From Cyanophora paradoxa CCMP329 (Eukaryota; Plantae; Glaucophyta), in the NCBI GenBank assembly GCA_004431415.1, contig QPMI01000015.1, positions 545,596-609,595 of the forward strand: a DNA stretch of 64,000 nucleotides, written 5' to 3'. This document shows positions 35,731 to 47,560 of the stretch, in pieces. Each line of letters starts with the position of its first letter. The stretch's first letter is position 1. A model generated the notes under the pieces. That model had not been told where the DNA came from, did not search any database, and saw nothing but the letters and a program-made list of their open reading frames with translations. Position numbers and translations under genes: made by a program.

Positions 35731-38700
35731 TCACGGGTTGGCGTACCACGGGGAGTCCACGCTGCGGGCGGCCGGGGCGGCGTCAGGCGGGGGGCCGGGG
35801 GGCCGGGCCGAGGCAGCCTCTCTTCTGGGGGCGGGGGCGGGGCGCCTGTAGGCGATGGCGTCGGGGGCGGTGGCGTGCATCGCGTCGAAGGCGAGGCGCC
35901 CGAAGCACGAGGAGAGGGTCCCCACGAAGTGCTGCCCCCGCGAGAGCAGGTACATGCTCGCCAGCGCCCCCAGCGCGTTCACCTGCCGCCACGCCCGCCC
36001 GCTCGGCGACCGGCCGGCACGGGCCAAGAGGAGCCGAGTCGGGCAGCGGGCGCTCTAGAGGAGAGGGAAGGGCGCCTCTGGCGGCCCCGCGTCGCCCGCC
36101 CCCCGCCCCCTAGCCCGGCGCCTGCCCCACAAGCCGCCGCGCGGGGTCGGACCTCGAACTTGAGGAGATCGAGGCCGCGCCGCTCGGAGCGGTCGTACAT
36201 GAAGCGTACCCCGGGGAGCTCCCCCGCGGCCCCCGCCAGCTCCTCCGCCACGTCAGCGTCCGACGATACAAAGACCGCCGCCGCGCCCGTCCGCCGCACC
36301 AGCGCCCGCAGCGCCTGCCGCGCGCGCGCGCCGCGTCGGTGCGAACGAAGGCGCGGGGGGTACGCGCAGCGGCACCTTGAGGTAAGCGGAGAGGGGGGGG
36401 AGGAAGTCGTGCTTGTGGAGGTGGGGGTCCCAGAGCGGTCCCACCGCCTCCAGCAGGTTCGGCCGGTCGTAGACCGCCTGGGCGGGGGCGTCAGGACGGG
36501 CAAGGGAAGCGTGAGCGCTGTATCTTCAGCGTAAGCGTTGTAGGACGCTCAAGCGGACCTTGTCGAGCTGCTTGCGGAGGTGGAGCGAAACGACGGGTCC
36601 CGTCTCCTGCCGTGCCGGGCGCCCCCGCCCGGTCGGAATGGGGCGGAGGGCTCGCTCGTCCAAGGGCGCGGAGGGGGCGCGCGCGAACCGCCGTCCAGTT
36701 CAAGGCGGCCTTGACGCGCTCGACGTGCTCCAGGATCTCCCGCCGCGGCCGGAACAGGAAGCTGGGATACCGAGGCTCAGAACGAGAGAGCAGAGGGGAC
36801 GAGAGAGGGGTACGGGCGCGCTTGACGAGGCGTGACTTGTAGAAGCGGAAGCCGAGGCGGCGGACCTGAAGAACCATATGTTAGCAGACGTCAAGATATC
36901 TAGACGATAGATAGTTAGATCTAGAAGATCTATTCTCTTGATTCAAACAAGAAGGCGGGGCTTGTAGACGCTTAAGCGGAAGCCGAGGCGGCGGATGCGG
37001 ACCTCGGGCCCGGCCGCCTCGGGCACCGCGTTGCGGAAGCGCGTCACCGCGCTGTGCGGGCCCGCGTGCAGCAGCATCTGCGAGCGAAGGGGGCGGGAGC
37101 GTGAGGCAGAGGCAACGGGAGCTGAGACAGCGGCGGGGGCCGCCCGCCCTGTCCCGCCGCTCCCTCAACGGCGGGGGCCGCCCGCCTCCCCGCCGGGGAG
37201 CGTAAGGCAGCGGCGTTGAGGGGTGTACTGTACCCCGCCCTCGCCCGCCCCCGCCCCCGCCCCCCTCACCTGGCTGGAGCGCCAGTGCTGCATGACGCGG
37301 CCGTCCTCGGGGCGGCAGCTCGAGGCCGGCTCGAAGAGGCACGTGAAGCCCTCCGTGCACGGCCGCCAGTAGTACCTGAGGCCAGCTTAGAGGTCAGCTA
37401 AGACTAAGCTAAGACTTCGTCCTTAAGACGATATCTAAGACTTAAGGAGGGGAGGGGAGGGCCGGGGGCACCAGTCGTTGGGGGAGGCGGTGACGAGGGT
37501 CCAGTTGCGCTCGTGCGCCACGCGCAGCGCCACGCTCATCCAGTAGATGTGCGCCCCTGCGAACGAAGCTGAGCTGAGCGGGGCCAAACAATGCTGAGCT
37601 TTACACAGCTAGAGAAGCTCTTAAGACCCAGCAAGCAAGCAGGGCTACGCTGAGCTTAGAAGCGAAGCTAGATAAGCTCTTCTCGAGGTGCGGGGCGGGC
37701 GGACCGAGGCCGAAGCCCTTCTCGAACTCGAAGAGGATGAACTGGCGGCCGGCGCACGAGGCCGGGAACTGCATCGCCCGCAGCTGCGCGGCGCGGGGCC
37801 GGCGCTCAGCCGGTCAAGGACAGGCCGATCCCTAAGGGGCTTCTGGTTCGGCAGGCCGGGATCGAGGCCCAGAGGTCTATGCTAGACCTCGGCCGCGGCT
37901 CTTATCTTAGCGCTAAGCGAAAATGTTAGCTTAGAGGCAGGGCGCAAGGTCAAGGCTTAAGGTGCGCTTTAGGCTTGAGGCTGGGTCGAGCGCCGCGCTG
38001 AGACTTCGTCGTTCGCGCCTGGGCGTCGAGGTCGGCGGCGGCGGCCTCGGAGACGAGGCGGGCGTCGGTGCCGGGGAAGCCCCAGCCCCCCGCCACCACG
38101 AACGCCTCCTGCCCGGGAGGAGGGATCAGAGAGGGGGCGGAGGAGGGGTAGGGGTAGGGGCGGGCGGGGCGGACGGTGGCGCGCTCGTAGATGACGGCGG
38201 AGCCCGGGGCGAGGAGGCCGCGGGACTCGAAGGGGGGGCGGCCCCGGGCCCCCCACTCCCACGCGTCCGCCATCGCCTCCTTCCGCGCCGACTCCTCGCC
38301 CCCGACCTGCAGCAAAGAAAGGAAATCAGAGCGAGCTTAAACGTAAGCTTAGCTTAAGTAAGATTAAGTTTAGTTTAGGACCTGGGCGAAGGGGTTGCCC
38401 TTGTAGTCCATGGCGAAGGCCCCCGAGGTGCGCGAGGCGGCGCGCCCGCGGGAGACAACCACGTCCTCGAAGTCCCGCGGCGGGCCCGAGGGCTCGCAGA
38501 GCAGCTGGTACCCCCCGCCGGACTCCTCCGGCAGCGCCCGCGCGCGGTAGGGCGCGCACTCGCGCTCGCCGACGAGGGCGGCGAGGGCGGGCGGGGGCGG
38601 CGGGGGGCGGCCCCAGGGGGCGAGGTGGCTCGCGCGGATCGCCACGAGGCCCTCCTCCGAGCGCGCCTCGAAGACCGTCGGCTCGAAGAGCAGCGGCGAG

Positions 38701-39874
38701 AGGACCAGCCGCCCCGCCCCGGCCCCTGCCCCGGCCCCGGCCCGGGGGCGGCCGCCTCAGCCACGAGCACGTCGCCAGGGCACCAGCCGCCGCCGGGGGT
38801 ACACTCCTCAAGCGTCAGCACGGCCGCCTCGCCGCAGCCGACGGAGGGCCCCGCCGCCCCGCCCAGCGAGACGCGCAGGCCGGAGCCGGCCGGGCACTCC
38901 AGCCGCGCGTACACGGCCGCGTGGACGGCGGGGCCGAGGGCGAGGGCCCAGCCCGGCTCCGCGGAATGCTCCTGGGCGGTCTCGAACCGGGCGTCGTACT
39001 CGACGCGGAGGGGCGGGGCGCCGGGGGCGCCGGCGTGCTCGACGAGGAGCACGGGGAAGTCGGCGTCGTGCGCCGGGTCCCACAGGCCGTGCCGCGCCTC
39101 CGCGACCGCCACGCCCTCGCCGGCGTGCGACCGCGCCGCGTCGTACCCCGCCACCCGCCCCAGCTGCCCGCCGCTCGGCGTGGGCGGGCGCGGGCGGGCG
39201 CGGGGGCTACAGCTACAGCTACGGCTGCGGGGGCGGGGGCGGGGGCGCACGGTTGGGATGCTTTCGAAGGCGAGGACGCCCATGAGGTAGTACCGGAAGC
39301 GCTGCTCGTTCATCGAGCGCACCCGGTACCTGCGCGCCGGCCAAAGCGTCGGCGTCGGCCGCCGCGGAGCGGGGGCGCGGGGCGCCGGAGCGGGGCGCAC
39401 GAGTACATGCAGGGGCAGCGCTCGTTGCGGAGCGGGGCCAGCGCCGCGAACTCCGGCTGCGCCATCGCGATCTGCGTCCCGCTGTGCCGCGCCAGGTTCA
39501 CCTTGTTGCGCCCGCCCGACACGACCCGCACCACCGAGTCTGCCGGCGCCCGCCCGCTGCGAGTCAGCTCCGGTGGCGGCGGTGCGACCACGCGGGATCA
39601 TCGGCGCTCAGGCTACAGCTCGGCTACGCGCGGCCGGTCTGACGGGTCGGCGCGTGCTCTCCGGCACCGCAGCGGTGCGACCGAGCGGGATCATCGGAGC
39701 TTAGGCTCGTGCATCGATGCTAGGCGCGTGCGGCTCGGCCGATCGGCGGGCGCCGTGCTCACCCGCGCGGACTTCGTGCGCTGCGATGCACAGGAGCAGC
39801 AGCTGCAGAACATATCCTCGTATCCGCAGTCGCCGCTCTGCCGCCCACGCGGGCCCGCGCCCGCTGTGTCTCAT
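35731..39874 (-). CDS. GT23/FUT8(NodZ)-like alpha-1,6-fucosyltransferase with long N-terminal luminal region
   Basis: N-terminal hydrophobic GYVLQLLLLCIAA. C-terminal exons KGFG..GAHIYWMSVAL, FTCLFEPASSC, SFLFRPR, VVSLHLRKQLDK, VFVSSD, LASMYLLSRGQHFVGTLSSCFGRLAF, SVDSPW. The 5' exon structure is uncertain. Confidence 0.65.
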
Positions 39875-39980
39875 CTTTCGACCCGGGAGTGACCTGGGGC
39901 GGGGTACACATCGAGCGAGATGGCCGGGTCCTCGAGCGGGCAGCCGGCGCTGCCGATAACGCCGCCCGAAGCGTTCAGAC
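39875..39980. promoter_or_regulatory. Putative bidirectional promoter (~106 bp)
   Basis: Divergent ATGs at 39874 (-) and 39981 (+). Confidence 0.4.
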
Positions 39981-42900
39981 ATGGAGAAGAAGGTGCGTGG
40001 GGGCGCTATGGGCGCGCCTGTTTTGAGCCAAGCCGACGACCGCGTTCTCGCAGGCGGGCATGAACCCAACGAAGGCGATCTCTTTCTGAGAACTGGAAAG
40101 ACTGTCGCGCGCTCGCATCGCGGCGGGCCTGCGGGGAGTGCTGTTGCAGCCGCTCGACGCAAGCTGTTCCGCTCCCCGCGCGCCAGCGCGGGCGGCGCGG
40201 AAGCGGAAGCGGGCGCGCAGCGCTCGCTTCTCACCGCAGCGAGCGACTGGTTCGTCGGCATGTGGCCCGCCATCGCGCTGATTATCATCTCGTACGCAAC
40301 CCTTCCCTTCCTTTCGGGCCTAAGCGCGCCTGACAGGGCCGCCGCAGGCTCTCATCCGTGTTCCTAATCGTTTCGATTGTGCGCTCGTGCCTGGACGACG
40401 CGCGTACGCGCACCGCGCGTCTTCCAGGCGCGGGGCTGGGCGCGCGCGTACTAGTACTGAGGGATCGTTGTCGACGTCGCAGCTGCGGACGCCGAGCGAG
40501 GAGCAGCGCGACGCGACATGGAAGGCTGGCTCGGCTCCCTTCTCGGACGCTTGGCTGAAGGACAAGCGACTCTACAGTGCGCCGCCGCCGGCCGCCGCGG
40601 GCGCGTCAGCCCGCCGCCCGCGCGGCCGACGCGCGCGGCCGGCCGCAGAGCGGTGGCACGAGGACGTGGCGCGCTGGACGCGCACGACGGAGGACGAGGC
40701 TGAGGGCGGGCCGGCGATCGAGAGCGAGGAGCGGGCGCGCGTTCTCGAGCGCCGGATCGAGGATGCGCTCGGGGCGGTGGCCGGCGCGCTCCGGACGGAC
40801 ACGCCCGTGCGCGAAGCGATGGAGCGGGCCGATGGCGAGCTGGGGGCAGGCCTACGGTCCGACACCCGTTCCTCCGACTTTTCTCCGGGCCCGCTAATGC
40901 TGCGGCAGGGCGATCCGCGAGCTGGAAGGGGCCTTGCGGGAGGCCGGCTCGGCGCGCGCCGGGCTCCGCGCCCTGAACGCGACCCTCGCGGCCTCGCTCG
41001 CCAACCTCCGGGGCGCGCTCTGCAAGGCGGACGCATGCCGCGCGTCCGTCCGCAGCGCCGGTGCGCGCAATCGATCATTCAGTCGAATTCAAGCAAATCG
41101 AATCGGGGCGCAGCGGATCAAGGGCGGCGCTGGCTTCGCGAGATCGAAGAGCTGGAGGCGGGCCTCGAGAACAGCGAGCGCAACGCCGCGCATCTCTTCT
41201 CGCGCCGCGACACGCTCCTGTGCGCCCGGTTCGGTTTAAGCTCGAAATCCCGCTGGATCAAATTCCCGCGCGCGTGCAGGGCGCACCTGGGCGATGCGGA
41301 GGGGCGCGCGCGGTCCGCTGCGGCGGAGCGCACGCGGATCGACGAGCGCCGGCGCGAGCACGAAGCGTGCGCGCGCGGCCCCGGCCCTCGGACCGCGCGC
41401 CCGGATCAAATCCGAATTTGATCTCGCGCGCGCTCGGCCGGGCAGGGCGCTCGGGGGCCGGCGGCAGGCGCTGCACGACCTCCGGGGCGGCTTCGAGGCC
41501 GAGGCCGCGCGCCTCGCATCCCTGACGGGCGCCGGCCACCGCCTCGCGCGCCCTCTCCTTCGAATTTGAATTTGAATTCCGTCTTTCTTCCCTTGACGCC
41601 GGCGGCGGGGTACAGGTCGACGAGATGGGCGAGGTGGCGGGGAAGGCGCGCGGCCCGCCGCTTCAAGCCCCGCCCGCCGTCCTTCTCACCGCCGTTGCTC
41701 AGGTCGCCGGGGCGCGGGAAGGGGGCGAGGACCTTCGGGCCGAGCTGCAGGCTGCCGAGCGCCTCCTGGCACACCTCGAGGCCCGCCCTCCTTTCCTTCC
41801 TTTCCTTTTTGACCTGAGTCTGAGTTTGGGGCGCAGCGGGCGGATCGGGACCTCGACGCGCTGCCGCCGCCGCCCGCCTGCGGACCCGACCTCGACTGCG
41901 CTCGCGGTTCGATTCTCCCCGGCTCCCATTCCGGCCCTAGGCGCGATAGAGGAAGGGGCCGGCGCAGACGCCCGGGCCGCGGCCGCCGTCCCTAGAATCG
42001 CGGTACCCCTCGACGGGGCCAACCTCCCCTCCGTCCAGTACCGAGGCGGGGCCCCTACCCCGGCCCCCCCCCCGCCCCCCGCCGCCGCCCCTCCTCCTCC
42101 TCCGTTGCTGACCTCTCGTCTCAGAGTGGGCGGAGGGCCCGCCGGCGTCGGGGCGGCTGCGGGAGGACATGCGGGGCGCGGCGGGGGCGGCCCCCGCCGC
42201 CGCCGACCCCGAGGTCCCCCCACCCCACTCCACCCCCCTGCCCCTCTTTTAGGCCCTTGGGCCTCTTCCCCCCCGCCCCGTCTCCCCGCCGCCTCGCCGG
42301 CCACGTCGCGCTGACGCGGGCCCCGCGGCGGCAGACGGCGCGGCTGCTGCTGGGGCTGGAGCGGCGCTTCGGGAGGGAGCTCGCCGCCGCCGAGCAGCGC
42401 GCCGCCGACATCGAGCGGGTGCGCGCCTTCGAAGAGCTCTTCACTTCGTTAGAGATTGCTTCAGTAGTCGCTTCCTTGTAGATCTAGAGCTCCTTAAATT
42501 ACTATTAGAAGACTTTTCATAAGAGCCCCCTCCTCCTTCCTCTTCGTGTCCCCGGAGCCTGACTGCGGGCAGCTGGAGGCGGCGCTGCGGCGGGCGGCGG
42601 AGCGCCCCGCCGAGGACCGCGACGCCATGCGCGCCGCCATCGCTGACGCCAAGGGCGCGCCCCCTTCCTTCCTTTCCCTTCCTTTCCCTTCCTTTTTGAT
42701 GGGGGCGGGCCGAGCAGCGCGGGCGGCGGGGCGGGCGGCCGAGCTCCGCCTCCGCCTGGACTCCGGCCTGGACGCCGCGGTGCCTTCTCCGAATCTTCTC
42801 TCTCTAAGGCGCTGCTCTCTCTCTAAGGCGCTCTAAGGCGCTTCTCTCTCTAATCTTCCCAAAAGTACTCCCACGCGCTGCTTCTCCGAATCTTCTCTCT

Positions 42901-45900
42901 CTAAGGCGGCGGCAGCGGGCGGACGAGCTGGCTCGGCGCGTCGAGGCGCAGACGGCCCGCGTCGCCGCCGAGGCCCAGGCGAGCCCCGCGCCGCGCGCCG
43001 CGCGCCCCGCCGGGCCGCAGGCTGTACATCGGAGCCGGGGCGGAGCGTGAGAGATCTCTCTCTCGAGCTCCCCGGATCAGAGAGCCGGGGCTGTACATCT
43101 AGGGCTCTCTCATGCTCCGCCCCGGCCCGCCTTGATCCGGCCCGCAGCGTGCGCGTAGCGCCCTGGAACCGGCCGAGGTCCGTATCCGGATCGGCGCCCA
43201 GCCCCTTCGTCCTCCTCAGCTCCGCCCCGCCTGACTTCCGCCGCAGCGGGAGCTGGAGGAGGAGCTGCGGGCGGCCCAGGAGCGCCTGCGGGGGGCCTCT
43301 GACAAGGCAGCCCGCGCCCCAGCCTTCCCCGCGAGTCTAGTAGATCTAGAGCTAGTCTAGATCGCAGGCGCCGCCCCGCTCACTCGGCCCGGCCCGCGCG
43401 CAGCTCCCCGAGGTGGACGCGGCGGTGGCGGAGGCGGAGGGGGCGGCCCGTGGCATCCGAGTGCGCGGCTGCTGCGAGCCGCAGCCCCGCCCCGCCCTTC
43501 GCGATCGTGTGCCTTATCGTTTGCGCGCAGGGCCAGCTGAGCGACGTGTACGAGAAGGTGGGCGTCTAGCGCCGCTCAAGCTTCTAGCTTGTGCTCGCTC
43601 TGCGGCGCCCGGTCTAGCTGTGTCTGGGTCTAGATCTGGATAGCTATAGCCCATAGCCGCGTACGGTCTGGTTGCAGATCTAGCCAGCACTAGCTAGTCA
43701 AGCCCCGCGCGCGCGCGCGCGCGCGCGGGGGGCGCGGCCTGCAGCCGATCGCGATGCGCGGATCCCCGGCAGCTGAACCGGACGAGCCGTGACCGCTACC
43801 TGCTCGCCTCGACGCTCGCCAACTACCGCAGCCGCTTCGGTGCGGCCGGATTCGATGCGAGATCTAGAGCTCGAGGCTAGCGCGTGATGCTAGCGCTGCT
43901 AGTGGTCGAGATTTGATCCGCGGCTGGGCGCAGCGGACTCGATGGCGCAGGCGGGCCTCTGCAAGCGGCAGCTGCGCGCCGCCGACGCCGAGCTCGCCAA
44001 AACGTGCGCGCGTGGACGGGGCCCGCGCCCGGCAAAAAGTGGGCGCCCGCGGAATAGAGGCGGGCCCGCCGAAAAACTGGTCTGTGCAGGGATCGAACCT
44101 GCGACCGTGGCGTTATTAGCACCACGCTCTACCGACTGAGCTAACAGACCGATGCGAGATGTGATTTCTTTGGGAGGCTGGTTTCCCGGCAGCTTTGCTC
44201 CGCCGTGTGACCTCCACTATGCTCCAGTCGCTCGGGGGGCGGCGGAGCGCGGAGGCGGCGGCGGGGCCCGAGGCCGCCCTGGTCGCCGAGCGGCGGGCCG
44301 AAGAGCGCCTCGAGGAGGTGCACGCGCCGCGCTGCTCAGCGCTCTCTCAACGCTGACGCGAAGCCGAACGCGTACGCAGGCCATGCGGGGACTCCGCGCA
44401 GCCGGCCTGGGCCTGGGAGGCGGGCCCGTCGCTCCGGGGGCGCCAAGTAGCGCGTGCGCTGCGCACGCGCGCGCCCCGCCGCGCCGCGCGCACCGCTCCA
44501 GTCTCGAGCCAGCGCGGCAGGCCGGCTCGGGAGGGCGCGCAGCCGCCGCCGCCGCTGGGCGAGATCGAGCGCGAGAACGCGGCGCTGCTCGCCCAGGCGC
44601 GACGCGCTCGGCTCCGCTCTGGAGACAGGCCTGCTCCGCTGACATTCCGCGCCTGTCTGCGCGCATGCGCAGGTCCAGGAGATGCGGCGGCGCCTGGAGG
44701 GACGCCCCGCGGTCCCGGGCCCCGCCGCTCCGCCTCCGCCTCCGCCGCCTGCGGGCGAGCCACGGCCGAGCGAGTGGGAAGCTTTGGAGGAGCGGCTCCG
44801 CTGCGAGGCGCCGGCCGCGGGCCAGCCCGAGGCGCGCGCCTCTCCTCGCCCCTCTCCTCCTCCTCCTCCTCTCTGACCTGGGCCCCCGCAGCGATCGCTC
44901 CTGGGGCGCGCCTCCGATGTCCTCCTGTGGCCCGCCCGCGCGGCCGGGCGCGCCGCCTCCCGCGGTGCCCGCTCGCCTCCCCGTTCGCCTCCCCGTTCGC
45001 CTGATCCCCCCTCCTTCTCAGGCGCCTCGGCGATTGCGGGGGCGTTCAACGCGGCGGACGCGCGCGTGCGCTCCGCCGCCGATACCGCCGTCCACGCCGT
45101 CGCCGGCGGTCCGTCTTCGTCTTCGCTCCTTGCTCCCGTTCCCCTCAATTCTACTTCTCCTCCTCTCAGGGGCCCACAAGGCAGCCGACGCGGCCCGCTC
45201 CGCCGAGCACGGGGCCGAGGACGCCGTCCGCGGTCCGCCCGATTGCGCCCTCCGGCCCGCCCCGCAGCGCAGCTCCTCCCCGCCCGTTTGTCTTACTTGC
45301 AGGCGCGGTCTTCGCAGGCGCTGCCCGGGCCGTGAAGCACGGCGCGCGCGCGTCCCCTCTCCGCCTGGGTTGCGCTCCCTTGCCTGAGACGGCGCCGCCG
45401 GCGCCGCGCGCAGGCGGTGAGGCCGTCGTGGACGCCGCGGAGGACGCGGCGGTCTCTGCCGCCTCCGCCGCCGGCCGCGCCGCCCGTGCAGTCGCCCACG
45501 GCCCGCCCCGCCCTTCTACCCTCTCCTGCTCTTGGCGCCGCGCCCGTCTCAGGCTGCCGCCGCAGGGGGAGAAGTGGTGGTGGACGGGGCGGGCCGCGCG
45601 GTGCACGGCGCCGAGGACGCCGCCGCCGCCGCCGCGCGCGCCGCAAAGCGACGTGCGCCCCTCCGCGCCCCTTCGCTCTCCTCCCACTCACTCCGGCGCA
45701 GGCGCCGGCGCCATCGTCCACGGGGCCGAGGAGGCCATCGCCCGCGGTGCGCCGCTCAGCTCACTCTGCGGCCCCCGCCCCGCCCCGCCCACTCCTCCGG
45801 GGCAGGCGCCGAGGCCGTCGGGAGCGCTGCCTACGCCGCCGGCGACGCCGCCCTCCGCGGTGCGCGTCCTGAGGTTCGACAGAGGCCGCCGGACCTGACT

Positions 45901-47316
45901 CGGACGCGCGCAGGGGGCGAGGTCATCGTAGGGGCGGCGGAGGACGCCGCCGAGTCCGCCGCCGCGACCGCCGGCCGCGCCGCCCGCGCCGTCGCCCGCG
46001 GTCCGTCCCGTCCGACTTTGGCGTCGCCCGGCCCCTCCCGCTTCTGCTCACTCACTGTGCTCGGCGAAGGTGGCGAGGCTGTTGTGGACGGGGCGGGCCG
46101 CGCGGTGCACGGCGCCGAGGAGGCCGCCGCCGCCGCCTCGCGCCGTGCGCCTCGCGCCCCGCCGGGCCCCGCCCTCATCCGCCCATCATCGATCCACTCT
46201 ACAGGAGCCGAGGAGGCGGCGGCGGCCGCGGCGCGCGGCGTGAAGCGCGGTGCGCGCCCCGCCTTCTCTGATTCCGCGCCGCTCGTCTTACTTTCTTTTG
46301 CCCAGGGGCCGAGTCGGCCGTGCACGGGGCCGAGGACGCCGCGATCGCCGCCGCGCGCCGCGCCCACGACGGTGCGACCCCGCCAACCCGCCACCCCGTT
46401 TTTCCGAACCCCCGCCCCACCTTCAAACCCGCCAACCCGCCCGACCCCACCCGCCCTTCGAACCGATTTATGTCGCCTCTCTGACATTGCTTGGCCGTCG
46501 CGCAGCCGCCGTACAAGCGCGAGAGGTCGTCGTCGACGCCGCTGGCCGCGGTGCGGCGCCGCCTCCCGCCCGCCCCGCCTCGCCCGCCCGCGTCGCCCCT
46601 AGCCGAGCGCTGACCGCCTCTACAGTGATCCGCGCCGGCGACGCGGCTGCTGACACTGCCGAGCGCCGTGCGGCCGCGCCCGCCCGCCGCCCGCCCGCCC
46701 GCCCGCCCGCCCGCCCGCCCGCCCGCCGCCCTCGCGCGCGCGCCGCCGACGCCGCCGCCGCCGCCCGGCTCACCGCAGGCCTCCACGACGCGAAGGAATC
46801 CGCCAAGGAAGGTCCGCCTGCTCCGCTCTGTCCCACGCCGCCGCCGACGACGACGACGCTGACACCGGCGCGGCCGGCGCGCGCCCCGCAGTCGCCTGGC
46901 GGGCGGAGGGCGCCCTGGAGGACCAGGCCCGACGCGTCGCGGACGCGGCCCGCCGCGGTGCCCGCCCCGCGCCGCGCCGCCCGCGCGCCCGCCCGCCCTC
47001 GTCCGCTCTTACGAGCGGCCTCAGCCAAGGAGGTGGTGATCGAGGGGCCGCGGGAGGCGGCGCGGCGCGGGCGGAGGCGGCCGGGGGCGGCGCCGGCCGC
47101 TGGGGCGGGGCCGGGGGCGAAGAAGAGGAGGCGGAGGTGGAGGTGGTGCTGGACGAGTGGGAGCGGCGGCGCGGCGGGCGCGGCGGGGAGCAGCAGCGGC
47201 ACGTGCACGTCGAGGAGCGGGCCTGGAGCTCGGGCGACCGGGAGCGGGACCGGCGCCCCCCAGAGGAGGGCGTCCGGGAGGCCCTCCGGCGCGCCGCCGG
47301 CCGCCACGAGATCTAA
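39981..47316 (+). CDS. Single-TM, coiled-coil protein with C-terminal Ala-rich amphipathic (LEA/apolipoprotein-like) repeats; highly intron-rich
   Basis: Spliced TM MWPAIALIIIS|LSSVFLIVSIV; E/R/A-rich heptad exons 40480-44830; array of small exons 45022-46957. The last exon ends GRHEI* at 47316 (needs one indel) or at 47383. Whether this is one gene or two is uncertain. Confidence 0.55.
42781..42910. repeat. Intronic tandem repeat (CTTCTCCGAATCTTCTCTCTCTAAGGCG-like)
   Basis: Repeated CTCTCTAAGGCG units, with two long copies at the two ends of the intron. Confidence 0.7.
43706..43727. repeat. (CG)11 dinucleotide run
   Basis: CGCGCGCGCGCGCGCGCGCGCG seen directly. Confidence 0.9.
44072..44076 (-). 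terminator. RNA polymerase III terminator (T5) of tRNA-Ile
   Basis: TTTTT one base after the discriminator on the minus strand. Confidence 0.8.
44078..44150 (-). tRNA. tRNA-Ile(AAT): tRNA-Ile (anticodon AAT), eukaryotic type, no encoded CCA
   Basis: GGTCTGTTAGCTCAGTCGGTAGAGCGTGGTGCTAATAACGCCACGGTCGCAGGTTCGATCCCTGCACAGACCA folds as a cloverleaf with A and B boxes. Confidence 0.97.
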
Positions 47317-47439
47317 TCTGTGGGGAGGGGACCCTAGCGCTAGCCTAGTTGCTGCACGTGCGCCGGCGCCGCAGCCCCTATAGGTAGACGTAGTGTGGTT
47401 CGATTTGCAACTGTAAATTGTATACGCAATTCATTGCCA

Positions 47440-47560
47440 TGGCCATGGCCAGTAGTTCGTCTCGTTGTCTGCTGTATCTTTGATTTGTGACTTATTATCC
47501 TTAATATCGCTACCTATATATAGCTACGGGGGGATCCCCACCGTAGTCTCTCAAAAAAAA
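47440..47560 (+). mobile_element. Degenerate copy of the hairpin-poly(A) retroposon
   Basis: GTGACTT..TATCCT...CTACGGGGGGATCCCCACCGTAG-TCTCTC-A8 resembles the 3' end of 51504-51657; possible decayed TSD (AATTCATTGCCA / AAATCGTTGCCA). Confidence 0.55.
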
